Assembly: GCA_051362555.1 (NCBI GenBank)
Contig: CM120643.1
Span: 14,916,644-14,980,643 of the forward strand
Source: Lingula anatina
Taxonomy: Eukaryota > Animalia > Brachiopoda
Direction of reading: 5' to 3'
Length of the DNA: 64,000 nt
Part shown: positions 51,388 to 64,000 of the stretch, in pieces
Position numbering within the stretch: the stretch's first letter is position 1
How the letters are laid out: each line of letters begins with the position of its first letter
Program-made: the position numbers and the translations under genes
The notes under the pieces: model-generated
Database searches by the model: none
The model's input: only the letters and a program-made list of their open reading frames with translations
Told to the model about the DNA's origin: nothing

Positions 51388-52725
51388 CTTGGATCCAAGA
51401 GTAAAGTCCATGTCCGGGTGGGGTCACTCATCATCTTCTTTGTCCTGTAAAAAGAAATGAAAAACAAGATTAGATTTTTTCAATTTACCCATCCCACCAC
51501 CCAAAAAAAAAATAATAAAATTTACTAATCTTAGCTTGGATCCAAGAGTGAAGTCCATGTCCGGGTGGGGTCACTCATCATCTTCTTTGTCCTGTAAAAA
51601 GAAATGAAAAACAAGATTAGATTTTTTCAATTTACCCATCCCACCACCCAAAAAAAAAAAAAAAAATTTACTAATCTTAGCTTGGATCCAAGAGTGAAGT
51701 CCATGTCCGGGTGGGGTCACTCATCATCTTCTTTGTCCTGTAAAAAGAAATGAAAAACAAGATTAGATTTTTTCAATTTACCCATCCCACCACCCAAAAA
51801 AAAAAAAAAAAATTACTAATCTTAGCTTGGATCCAAGAGTGAAGTCCATGTCCGGGTGGGGTCACTCATCATCTTCTTTGTCCTGTAAAAAGAAATTAAA
51901 AACAAGATTAGATTTTTTCAATTTACCCATCCCACCACCCAAAAAAAAAATAATAAAATTTACTAACCTTAGCTTGGATCCAAGAGTAAAGTCCATGTCC
52001 GGGTGGGGTCACTTATCATCTTCTTTGTCCTGTAAAAAGAAATGAAAAACAAGATTAGATATTTTCAATTTACCCATCCCACCAACCCAAAGAAATAAAA
52101 TTTACTAACCTTAGCTTGGATCCAAGAGTGAAGTCCATCTCCGGGTGGGGTCGCTCATCATCTTCTTTGTCCTGTAAAAAGAAATGAAAAACAAGATTAC
52201 ATTTTTTCAATTTACCCATCCCACCACCCCCCAAAAAAAATAAATAAAAAAATAATAATAATAAAATTTACTAACCTTAGCTTGGATCCAAGAGTGAAGT
52301 CCATGTCCGGGTAGGGTCGCTCATCATCTTCTTTGTCCTGTAAAAAGAAATAAAAAACAAGATTAGATATTTTCAATTTACCCATCCCACCAACCCAAAA
52401 AAATAAAATTTACTAACCTTAGCTTGGATCCAAGAGTGAAGTCCATGTCCGGGTGGGGTCGCTCATCATCTTCTTTGTCCTGTAAAAAGAAATGAAAAAC
52501 AAGATTAGATATTTTCAATTTACTCATCCCACCACCCCAAAAAATAAAATTTACAAACCTTAGCTTGGATCCAAGAGTGAAGTCCATCTCCGGGTGGGGT
52601 CGCTCATCATCTTCTTTGTCCTGTAAAAAGAAATGAAAAACAAGATTACATTTTTTCAATTTACCCATCCCACCACCCCAAAAAAATAAAATTTACTAAC
52701 CTTAGCTTGGATCCAAGAGTGAAGT
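51388..52725 (-). repeat. Tandem array of ~141-166-bp monomers (9 full + partial), each resembling a 62-nt exon plus short intron
   Basis: GGATCC at 51391, 51538, 51684, 51829, 51976, 52118, 52284, 52426, 52567, 52709. Length variation is confined to the A-rich tract. Confidence 0.95.
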
Positions 52726-53357
52726 GGTTCCCAGATTATTTCTTTATTTGATCTGGTTCAGGTTTTCGTCGATGACTACCATTGGTGTTTTGGCACCAAT
52801 GTGGTATCCACTCCAAATACTGACGCTGTTAATGACCTTAGCCACTTTAGACGCGGCACACGCTTCGTCGTTGGCCTCTTCTGGATGTCTGTAAACTCTG
52901 TTTTGACTGTTGAGCGGTACAGGTGAAATCTGACCTCAATAAAGAAAGCCACGAAGTTTCAGTGTTCAACCCAGAAGCGTTTATGGTCCCAAATTCATTA
53001 GAGAAAAATACAACGATGTTTTGCTGTTTACAGTGGGTTCCTCGGAGGTCGTCTCGTATTCTAACCTCCTAAAACCAGTTTGGTGTTCGCTAAGGGCCTT
53101 GAAAAATGCGTTTTGGTGAACGGACTGGGTGGTTTTTGTTAAGTTTTTGTTTAGTTGCAACAGCGTATCCCGAAAAACAGTGGGTCCTGTACCCTGGTGG
53201 TAAGATTTCAATAGATTGGGTGTGGCCTCTGTGAAGGTACATCAGTCTGGGCATTACTCTGTAAAACTGTGCGGACCGTTTCGTTTGGTGCAATTATCTG
53301 TTTGGCAATGCCTGTATTTTGCGTTCCATTCTGCCACAGATTAACTGCATAGCTCAT
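52726..53357 (-). pseudogene. Tc1-family transposase relic (N-terminal HTH to first half of the DDE domain)
   Basis: Manual minus-strand translation across stops and frameshifts: AVNLWQNGTQNTGIAKQI..TVRTVLQ...QRPHP..LTTRVQD; RRPPRNPL*TAKHR...W..V.F..E.RF; RVYRHPEE...C...SVSIWSG...KTPMVVIDENLNQIK. This follows the Tc1 consensus order. Truncated at the tandem array. Confidence 0.8.
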
Positions 53358-54624
53358 TTTACACATTGCAAAACCGACCACTTGCATGCACAATTTCAAA
53401 TTCTTCTATGCAGTAGTTGCCGACATATGGATACTTTTTTGACAGAACCATGCGTTGCCAAAGCCAAGCTTTGACCTGCCCAAAGGAGCACTACTCAGTT
53501 AAATCACGGCATATTACATAATGCAGAAGCGCAACAAACCTGGTATTCGGTTAATTGGTAGCGACACACCTGACTACACACTTCTTCATTCACATATATT
53601 ATATAAGATCGGAGTTTGTGAAAAAAAGAACGCATTTTTACCTAGGCATACCTTCGAAACTGAAATATTCCATATTAAATGTCAAGTCTGTAATTGTTTT
53701 GTTTTTTATGAAAAATGTCTTATTCTAAGTTTCATTTTTTTTTCTGTGAGCACAGTATGTTGCTATATTTGTATAAAATATAATTTTGATGTATATTTAT
53801 TAAAACTGAAACATACGGGGAATTTATTAAAATATGAATGACTCGTGTAATTTGTTCTTTTTGAGGTGAAAATAGGCCTAAGCCTGCAAATTTGCCACAA
53901 AGTGATTGTAATTTAGCATTAAATGAATCAATATGGTCTATATTATAAATTTATAGTTAATAATTAAGTCATTAAATCAACGATGCAAGACTTAGATATT
54001 AGATATTAAAGCTAGATTTATGTGGCATTCTCGATTGAAAGACCAAATCTGAGGTGATCTCACATCATAATCGGCCATGGCAGTGTAGAAGCATACGGGT
54101 CGATGGTATTGAAAGTCACAGTGCCCATATTGGACACTTTTTCCTACACAGTAGATATAATTCCTGTTTGAATATAAAAAATCTCATGCTTCAAGAAAGC
54201 TAATTACCGTTTACGTCTATGTAGGCAGGCAGCCAGCTGGGACATTTGACGCCACTCGCGCTTTACCAGTCTTGGGAACTTGTATTTCGATCGTTAGCCT
54301 AGATATATTAAAAAAAAAAATGAACGCAGTTGCAGGTTTTAAAATTTAACCGTGTGCAATTCACCAAACACTATTTTGCTGTGAGAGTTAGACAGAGGAG
54401 AGACAAAAATAATTATTTTACAATTTAAACAATATTAGGCCCCTATTAACGGTATGAGGAAATTTCAGACTTGTTGCTATATTACCTCTCACGTGCCTCA
54501 ATGACAATGTTTTATTCTGAACCTGGGTAAGCAACACCGATCCCTATAACAACAATTAAGACTTGTCGCTTAATTTATCTTTAGTAGTAGACCGATTTAG
54601 CTCCTCGTAAAAGGTTTCAAAGAA

Positions 54625-54798
54625 GGGGCCGTAGCGATAGTCCGAAGGTTCAATAGTCCGAAGGTTCATTGGTCCGAATGTTCACTATAGAACCTTCGGA
54701 CCAATGAACCCTTGATTAAAAAATCGATGAAAATGTTACCACTTTTCGGACCAATGAACCTTCGGACCAATGAACCTTCGGACTATCGAGACGTCCCC
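54625..54798. mobile_element. 174-bp MITE with 15-bp subterminal repeats and 8-bp TSD
   Basis: TCAAAGAA|GGGGCCGTAGCGATAGTCCGAAGGTTCA...TGAACCTTCGGACTATCGAGACGTCCCC|TCAAAGAA. Confidence 0.85.
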
Positions 54799-54936
54799 TC
54801 AAAGAAAGCCGCGGGCCATCAGCAGACGATACAATTAAAACAGCCTACTAATGGTCATCACATTCGTGCCGAAAAGCGAGGGGATGAAAAGAGGAGATTC
54901 GGCGGCATCGGCAACGAACATACAAATACAAACATG

Positions 54937-55890
54937 AAACAAGGCAGCAAAGCTGTCAAATGTACAGACAAAAAACAGAAAATAAAGATGCAAAATAGGT
55001 CATTTTGTCAATTTTGATGCAATAATAAATAATGCTTATAATAGCACTGTCAGTCAACACTGAATTTTAATCATGCACAACAGGTAACATGGTCAATAAC
55101 AGGAGTGGACCCAGAGATATTGCAAAATTTACCTGCATAATTATCACTGCTTCCTTATTATTAATCTAGCAGACTGGCTTAATCTTTGGGAGTTTACAGG
55201 GAAATATCAACAACTGTGCTTTATGTAATCTCATTTAATAACCTATTAATTAGGCAAATGACTTTATAACTCTGAACTTAGCTTAGTGATACCCAAGGGA
55301 AATTTACAGACTGACCCTCTCAAAGGTCTTTCAGGCCCATAAGTCACATCTTAAGAAAAGCACAAAGTAATAATGCACAAAATAGGATGCTGTCAATTCT
55401 GATGCAATAATATATTACGCTTAACTGCAAAGTCAACATCAAATTTAAATTATGCAAAACAGGTAATACCGATGAAAGTAAAAGCAGGCCCATGAGAGTT
55501 CAAGTTCATACTTAGAAAATGCCAGAATGAGAAAAATGAGAATTTCACAAAAAGTTGCGTTAATTCAATAAAAAGTGATAATCCAATAGAGCTGGTTTTC
55601 TTATTTGAGCTGTATGTCAATCCTAAGAATCATTCTTTTAAGCTAAAAAAAATAATAAGTAACACAGTTTGCTTTTTATCATAACGTTTGTGATGACAGT
55701 GCACGAAGTTGGCTTTTTGTCAATTTTGATGCAATATTACATAATGATTAACTATAATTACCACCATTTATTTTTATTAATAACGTGGTCATTTAGAAAA
55801 TTTGATTACCACTGGGCTTCATGACCATGGGAGTTCCAAGTCCCACATTGAAAATGCCAATATATGAAAGATAACAACTTCACAAACATG
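54937..55890 (+). mobile_element. 5' portion of the Helentron-like family (truncated, diverged)
   Basis: Begins AAACAAGGCAGCAAAGCTGTCAAATGTACAGACAAA, as at 31453. Recurrent AATTTTGATGCAAT and GAAAATGCCA blocks match the ~340-bp internal unit. Confidence 0.65.
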
Positions 55891-58800
55891 TACAACAGAA
55901 AAAGAAACCAATTTTATAACTTCTTGGTAAATGTGAGGCATCCTACCTCCCTACCCCCCCCCCCCACGCACACACACACAAACACACACGCGAAAGTTTT
56001 TTTAAACCATGCCAGTTCTGAACTGTGAATAGGGGAACTATGGGTCGCTGCATGCCATCTTCTTTCAAGCAAATCAAAGAAATGTTAAAATATTTAAGCA
56101 ATTATAAATAGTAACTAAAACATTTTAATTTAAAAATCACACTAAGCATATTATCTTTTCGTTATCCTTTCTCCTTGCAAAATCAAAGCAACCAAAAAAA
56201 CTGGACAACTCCACATAAATATTAAAAGCAAATATGTATTATCACTTTATCTTTATTGTCATCATCTGTGAAACAAGATATGAAATGAAAGTTTCTTCAA
56301 AGTGCATTGTGGATCAGTGTATATTGTGGATAAGTGTTCCAGTGTACGCGAACAAGGTCTTTCAATGACGGCCTGGGGCAGGTTAGTAAACTTCAAGTTG
56401 ATATCATGTCAACAAGATGCAAGGACACTGTCAATCACAATTAGGGGAGAGGCATGCGTGGTTTCCCTTCAAAAACTATTATAGCCTAACATTGATTCTT
56501 CCCTCCGAAGTAATTGTGTGATTTTTTTCTTTTTAAACAAAAAAGTTAAGGTATGAAAACGCTGAATGTATTTCAAACGTAGGTGTATATACAATACAAA
56601 TAATGAAATCTGTGTCTCACTCTCACACGACACCCCCGCGTCCAAACTGACAGGATGGTGGCGACAGCAACGCCCCCAGTCGACAATCTAAGATTGGAAG
56701 TCTATGAGCGATAGACTAATTAATGCCAAATTTCCGCATGACAACGATTTATAGACTCCCGGGAATTATTTTCCCTCAACGCTCTTTGTCGCGCTGGCGG
56801 TCAATGCAGCATTTATTTCAAAACAAGTTGACCGCAAATTCAGCACGATTTTGCACCTTCAAGTTCCGTGTCACGTTTTCATATCATGCATCTTTTATTT
56901 CTACAGGTATTCTCTGCCCAAAATGCGTAAAAAAAGAGAGTTATATTACCAGGTTGTTTGGAAAACTTCTTTTTCCTCCGACTACACGTCTTCTCTCCCG
57001 TTCACCTCCAGGTTAAAATGACCACTCAGCTTCGCTTCTAACACCACTACACGTCACTTCCGGGCACAATCAGTCTTCTCCGATTCCCTTTATTAACACA
57101 CGTAGGAACTGCAAGTCTTCAAAATGGTTGAATAAGTTTAAATCAGTGAAAAGGGATCCAAAAAAATTTTTTCATTTTAATACTTATCATTCATCAGCTT
57201 TTGCATTTTCCATCTATTTTATCTCAGCTGCTTATGATAAGTGTTTAAATCATCAATTAATTCTCGTAAAATATAAATAGTTTAAGTCATGAATAATCCT
57301 TAGATATACACCCAATGCATATTTTCAAAGATGCCAGTGTGTTATTGTGATGTTATACAAGTTGTTATTATTTTAACAAAAGTTAAAAGAAAATGATAAA
57401 AAAAAACACCAGACTAAGATATTATAACACGGTAGTGTTACAAATTTTAGTAAGAATTTAATTTAGGTTTTAAAAACATTTAAAATTCATTAGTTACAAT
57501 AAGATTGCAAAAACAACATAAGTCTCATTAGACGTTCAAGCACTGACCAAACATAATAACCTTCCGATCTCAGGCCAGCGAATGAGTGCCGTAATTAATG
57601 ACCTCTAGTGGTCGGCAAACGCGTCAATTAAATTGCAAGCAGAGGACAGAGCAACAGCAGATATATATAGAAAGATTTAATTGATTATCTCTTGGTGTCG
57701 TATATTAGTATTTAATAAGCACTTCGCTAGTTCAGGAAAATGACCAGTTCCGGTTCGGTCAAAATTAAATATTAAGAATCAAAGAACCGGGCAAATCACA
57801 CTATTTAAATCGAAGGTCTAGAATCAGTATTTCTAATAATTAGGTAAATGTTGAATCAAAAATGTCCATCCTTGACGTGAGATGTGAACCACCTGTCGCC
57901 CTAATTTTGTTATAAAAATGCAGCATTTTGCCGCATTCAGTGTGTTCGGTAAATGTTCTGCGAATCGGGAAAGTAGTAGCATAGGAAGGAGTAACTGAGG
58001 GAGAGACGTTGTGGTCACATCTTCAACTTGATGTAGTCCGTGTGCGCAGAATAAAATTCCTTTTAGAGGAAAAAGAGAGTTGTTTATAACTTTACAGTGA
58101 CGCACTTTTATCACACGTAAAAGCCCCCGTCACAATATGGGTCCCGTGACAATCTTCCTTCTACAATTTAAGTGTGAATTACTAGTAACTATGAAAACAG
58201 GAACTCACAAACAATATTACAATCACCATTTACCGAATCTGTATTATTTATTACTTTCAACCTTAAAACATTTAAGTCAACCATGAAACAATCTATAAGA
58301 GAATGGAATTGTGTTAATGGTATGGCAACTCCTGAGAACATCTTCAGTTATAATATAATGGCAGTGTTCCAAAACCACGATACATATTAAATACAGGCTT
58401 GCTTAAATCTTAAACGGAAAGGAAGTATTATCAAGTGTTGCACCGGCCTGCTCAGCAAAGCTGCAAATTTTATTTTGCAGCATCACAATTTCACTAGCAC
58501 AAATCAGTAATAATTGTTAGTATATTTGTAACATATTTAATATTCGTCATTTGCCTCTAATCTTCGCTTAACATTATTAAAATATTACCACACATATTTA
58601 TGATAAATGTAGGCCCCTATGCATATTTGTAATAACTAAATTTTGTCATTTGCTACGGGAATGAGGGGGGGGGGTCTTAAAAATAAAAATTTTGGGCCGC
58701 AATTCCCACAGCAAATATGAAGGAGTACCAGTAGATAAGGCCGGTGCCATGAAACTGAGGGTCCGTGTGACAGAAAGTCCGTCCTCCATATAGTTAGGGC

Positions 58801-59019
58801 AAGGAGTTATGTTATATAACAGAAGGAGATTACACGCGTGGGGGCGGAGCCCGTATTACGGTCTCTCATTGGTCGGAATGAATAGAACCCAGAGAACAAT
58901 GGATGTCTATCTCTGTTACGCTTAATTACTCTCGTTTAAATCTCGTTTGTTAGTATCTGTGCCTTCGTCTGTTGATTTTTGAGGACAGAAACAGAAACGG
59001 AGTCCCAAGTTTCTAAAAA

Positions 59020-62000
59020 ATGAGAGAAATACAGAATTTATATGATAGTACGTTGGACAAGGTTTTCAAAAAACAGGTAAGTGCTTTTAAATGCATAACT
59101 ACACGAAATATGAAGATAAATTGCAACTTTTATGTCGTAGGGTCTCACTGTGTAAGTGTCCAGCTACACGTTGATCTCGCGAGGTGGTGTGTGGAGAATA
59201 AATATTGCACGAAAAATATTTCCCACTCATAACAAGTGCCTATAATTATAGTATCAGATGAAGAAAGTTTGGTCTTTATACAGTTGCAATTGTTAAATAA
59301 TTTGTGGCAATAGCAAAGAATAAAACTTAGGTGCACTTTCAGTAGCCGAATAACAAGCAGATGTTTAAGCCGCCATCTTGTTAATATTTCGAAAAAAAAT
59401 TACTCCAAAAGACATTTTCCTCCTACTTTTTGAAACTTGTGTCACATGACAGTCATAAAATTTAACTAATTATTATGTGTGCAACACACTTGCTTGAGCA
59501 GTATTGTTTATTTTTGCGATTTTACATGTGGTCTAGCTTGGATACGACAATTGACAATTTTCATGAGTTCCGATCAAAAAGTGTTACGCTTGTTACGGCC
59601 AAAAGCCTTACCGCTTTTTGTACTTTTCAAATGCAAGATTAGGCCACACTTTTTTATTTTTATGGATGACATCCTCTGAGTACCCCAAAATCGGTGCGAG
59701 AGGGCGAAAAAAAAAAAAAAAAAAAAAACAGTCCAAAAAAAAAAAAAAAACTGCTTAAGTAAAGGAATGCTGTCAGTACACAGCTGGAAACACAAATTTA
59801 ACCACAGAAACACGTATCAAACTAACAATATGTCTTTATCCATGCTCTCAAAATATTAAAGCATTGTGAATACTTCGTAGAAATGTAAAAAAAGTCATGA
59901 ATTGATATACTTCATATTACCAAATCTATTTAAGGTTATTTCATGCATTCATTTGGTATAGCAATCAATAAAACAAATATCAGTCAAACAGTGTGTCTTT
60001 ATTTGTATTCTCAGAATATAAAAACATTTTGAACACTTCACAGAAATGTTTAAAAAATGATGCAAAGATATGCTTAATACTACCAAATCTATTAAAGGTC
60101 ATTTCAGACGATGCCATTTTGTCAACTTCAACTCACACGAAGCAGCTAAACTGTCAGGTGGCCTGTCCGACCTTCAGCCCACCAAATACCTCGACGCCCT
60201 TGTCGACCCTTTTTTCGCTACAGAAAACCTGGTATTAATGTGCTGCTTTATACAGAATGTCACAGAAATGTTTCGGCCGCCGCCAGCCTTTCGCACAATT
60301 GTAAAAAGGTGATATCTCCATGCCCAATATCAATGGCATACCAATCCAAAACGATGGCGCCCGTTCTCTTTATGACTTTAATTGTTGTGTAATTTGAAAG
60401 TAATCCTAGAGATGAATTTGACAGCAAAGTGGCCGCATTTCCACGTGGCGAAAATAGGCATGCGCAGAAAGCTCATTTCCTTGCAAATTCAATAACAACG
60501 TTTGCGACAACCGACTTCGTTGGGGGCTGGGGGGGGGGCTTTTTTTTTTTTTTTTTTTTTGGAGAACGGGCGAAAATCCGTGCGCGCGCAGGATGTCATC
60601 CATAAAATTAAAAAAGTGTGGCCTTATAAAAAAATTTGGTGGGTTTAGATTCTTGAACATCTTGGTCGTGGCGTGGTAAATATTGCATGGATACTGCTCC
60701 AATATTTCTTGAAAAAAATAACCTGATTTGTTCAGAATACCAATTTTTTACTCTAGTGTTATGGGTATATGTACCATTTTGGCCTTTACCTTTTTCATGT
60801 TTAAATCTAAAAAGACTTATCATGACAGTTGGTCATCATTTTTCTTCTCACCATGGTGGGTGGCTTTGGAGTGGTAACTTTGTTGTTAAAGTAAAGTGCT
60901 CAGTTTTTTTGACTGGAAAATTTTGCCTCCACCCAGCATTTTCCATCATGGCGGTCTAACAGGAAGTTTGACTTCACAGTGTCTTTGGTATAGTTATTTT
61001 TAACTTATTTAGTCTTCTTTTTACATATATATGTTTTAATTCATATTAAACCTTTGAAAAAAGAACACACATGAATCCTGGTGCTTCTTAATTTAAAGTC
61101 TGAAGGTTTTAAGTTCACCTAGGCTCCACCAATTACTTTACCTGTTATCTCACTACACATCTCTCTTTGAGTCAAGGTGTGTAAGACACACCTTATTGTG
61201 TAAGACACCTCTATAATTAAGGGGTACTTGCTTCTCTACTTAAATTATACTTCACTACTTTGGCATGTTAGGTGGCAAGCTTGTATGTTTCAGTTCATTT
61301 TAAGAAAGAAGCTTTGCCTTGGTGGTTACAATAGAATAGAACTCTATTAAGGTTTATTCATTACTTGAAATTAAATATTTCATCTTGTAGTGTTGAAACA
61401 GAAATTCTCTCAAAATTGATAATGAATTTGACATGCATATCTTAACACTACTCAAGTTTTTTTTTCTATTATAGATATGGGAGAAGGCTGCATTGAATAT
61501 ATGAATTATGGTCAGGCTGGAAAAAATTAAAATATGTCAATGAAAAAAGGAGGTCAGTGTGTCTGGGGTAAGTTACTTTTGTCATAATGCCTAAGATGCA
61601 TTAAACATTCACTAACAACAGTACCCTTTTTAATTTTTTTTTCAAAATACAACAACCTTGGGCATTTTCCTTTTAGCAACCAGCCTCTCTGAAATCCCCT
61701 TTTTGTCCTGTCAGAAGAGTAGGAACCAGGGCGGATTTAAATAATTTCTTGTAATAAGTACAATTTCTTTCAATTTCTTGGGGTTATTAGCTTGTGATCA
61801 TGAATCTTGATGTTCTATATAAATTTAGTTGTAAAATATCTTTTATGTGGTGAACATTATTTCAGTCAAGTCATAACAAGACATATTAAACTTCACTGCG
61901 TAATTCCATAATGTCTACATGGATACTAGTAGTTCATAATGCTATTATTATGTTTTTTTTTCTAACCTACAGGTTTCTCTCTTTTCTGAGTGGCATGGCA

Positions 62001-62098
62001 TTAGCAAGGCAGAAGAAAAGGCCCTGAAGAAATTCTCACTTGAGTTGTCCTTTTTGGAGAAGAAACTGGATAAGACTGGCCAACAGAGATTGCATTAA
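59020..62098 (+). other. Putative unannotated spliced transcript (lncRNA or 60-aa microprotein)
   Basis: GC box 58841-58850 and reverse CCAAT 58868-58872. CAG|GTAAGT donor at 59076. Candidate exons 61475-61567 and 61973 onward. AATAAA near 62695. No recognisable homology. Confidence 0.3.
59642..60623. mobile_element. Non-autonomous PIF/Harbinger-like DNA transposon, TTA TSD
   Basis: TTA|GGCCACACTTTTT...TATGGATGACATCCT ... AGGATGTCATCCATAAAATTAAAAAAGTGTGGCC|TTA, ~34-bp TIRs. Confidence 0.8.
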
Positions 62099-64000
62099 AT
62101 TAATAGTACTCCTTTATGACATTTTAAAATATTTTCAGTCACCTAACTGACTCTATACATGGCAAAATTGGACATAAATTTTATGTTACCGTTACGTGGA
62201 AAAAAATTCAAAACCAATATATAAATTGTTGAGTGCCATGGTATAACAGTCTACCTGATTGCCAGTGAAATTTCTGTTTCAGTGAAATTTCTTTAAAGCA
62301 GTCACTTACTGCTTACTTACCAGTTAATTTTTTCAGCTGTTACATTTTATAAATGTTCTTACTAAGTGTTATCTTGATCTATAATAACCTTTTGAAAATC
62401 CCATGTTTTTTATCCTATTTGTAAGAATTAACCACTTTATCTTCGTGGATTTTTTTTTTCATTCGGCCCATTAGATTCTCAGACCTTGCTGGCCTGTAAG
62501 TGGAATAGTATCTGGCACAGACTGGTATCAGCAAGTCAGATAAAAAAGAATATAATTATTTCTACTTGCACGGTTGAAAAAAATGCCATCATAGACTGCA
62601 TAAAACTGGAAAACTGTAGCAACTTAATCATTCTTATGACTTCATTTATTACTGCTTATGTGTAAAATTTTTGTTTTTGTTCTTCTATTGATATAATAAA
62701 ATGGTTTTACTCACAGATGCTACTTTCATGAGTATAGAGTATAGAGTGCTTGAGTATAGAGTTGACTTAAAAGATATTTTAAGTTAATATAGTAAATAAT
62801 AGTTTGAAATTCAATATTCTCATCTTTATTTGTTTCACTTTAAAGAGCTCAGTGAATACTAAAATTTCTGATATATTTTGTACATAAATATATTTATGAA
62901 TGAATAAAAATTATTCTTCATGTATAGCACTGTGCACTTGTTTACCGACAAATATGAACAGTGTTAGTACGTGTCAAATAATCCTGAAAAAAAGGGAAAT
63001 TTCCAAGATAAAGAAATTTATAACGAGTATTCAGTAAACTGACGTGTCGTGGCATTGCCTCAACCTTGGATTAAAATTTTAATTAAATGCATTATAATAT
63101 TAAAATTATACCGAGTGAGAGAAAAAATACTTTAAGAAATTTAAAACCAGACACAAAGCGTAGGCACTGTCACAATGTATATGTTTATGGGACCCAAGGG
63201 CAGGAGGTTCCAAACGTTAATGTTTTAATATTATGTCCTTTGGCAGTGAGGACAGACGTTCACTTGAATGTCATTTTCACAAACCACAGTTGGGACGTTT
63301 TCTTTTGACTTCTCCTTGGTGATTTTTCACCGGGTTGTGCCATAAAAAAGCCATCTATCACCGACTAAAAAAAGCTCATGGCGACCATCCTCAGTCATCA
63401 CCTTATAATCGCTTTCTATGATATCGTTCCCTTCCAGCACATCGTCCAAATAATTACCTGTGAAAAAAATCGTCAGCATACAGCGGCGCTTTGACATTAC
63501 TGATCTCGAATTCTAACGCGAAATAACGCATATGAAATTTATCTCCAAGCTGAGGAGAGCGACCCAGACGAAACCTTGAGACCGGAGGCCCCCCGTAGCT
63601 AGCTCCGCCCACCGTAACAGACATCGGACAATAGAAAGGCTTGCGTGTAATTTCCTTCTGTTATAACTCCTTGGTTAGGGTTAGTTTGACCTAAGTAGGT
63701 CAAAATCTAGGGCGAGGCTCACTTGTACAAATGAATGGGAAGCGGACTCTCTGTCATGGGGGACTTTCTGGTACATGTCACCGGTGATGGCACAGAAATG
63801 GGAAAATTCTTGGTTTTGTCTAGTTTTGCTTGCATTATACATTTATATAAAATCTGATTCTCAAAAATAAATGCAATAGGCAAGTATTATGCTACAGGGA
63901 TGGGAGTGAGGTGTTCTTAAGAATAAAAAAATTGGGCCTTAATTCCCTCAGCAAATATAAAATAGTGCCAGTAGATAAGGACAATAATGGCACAAGGATG

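Noticed and set aside
51388-52725. CRISPR-like regular array
   Set aside because: No unique spacers, whole monomers are near-identical, no cas genes, and the context is eukaryotic.
61262-61333. H/ACA snoRNA-like hairpin followed by ACA
   Set aside because: Spacing to ACA is wrong, and there is no clear H box or second hairpin.
61475-61567. Selenoprotein reading of the two in-frame TGA codons
   Set aside because: No convincing SECIS downstream and no selenoprotein-like motif.

Overview
AT-rich, intron-containing animal genomic DNA, most likely from an invertebrate (a mollusc-like lophotrochozoan is my inference from repeat style). I reconstructed six intact multi-exon genes by hand with GT-AG junctions and consistent phases: CFAP20 (-), CK2 alpha (-), CFAP263/CCDC113 (+), SNRPD1 (-), LENG1 (-) and an SLC43-family transporter (+). 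Two paralogous box C/D snoRNAs sit in CK2 alpha introns 4 and 9; their D' guide matches the 18S rRNA site targeted by SNORD82 (human Am1678). The CFAP20-CK2a-CCDC113 block has the same order and orientation as human 16q21. Mobile DNA includes two hAT derivatives with 7-bp and 5-bp TSDs, L2 and RTE LINE relics, a Tc1 transposase relic, Helentron-like elements, and Kolobok- and Harbinger-like MITEs. A ~145-bp tandem array has a monomer that looks like a complete exon plus intron. The last ~7 kb holds a possible unannotated spliced transcript. All coordinates were read by eye and no database searches were run.
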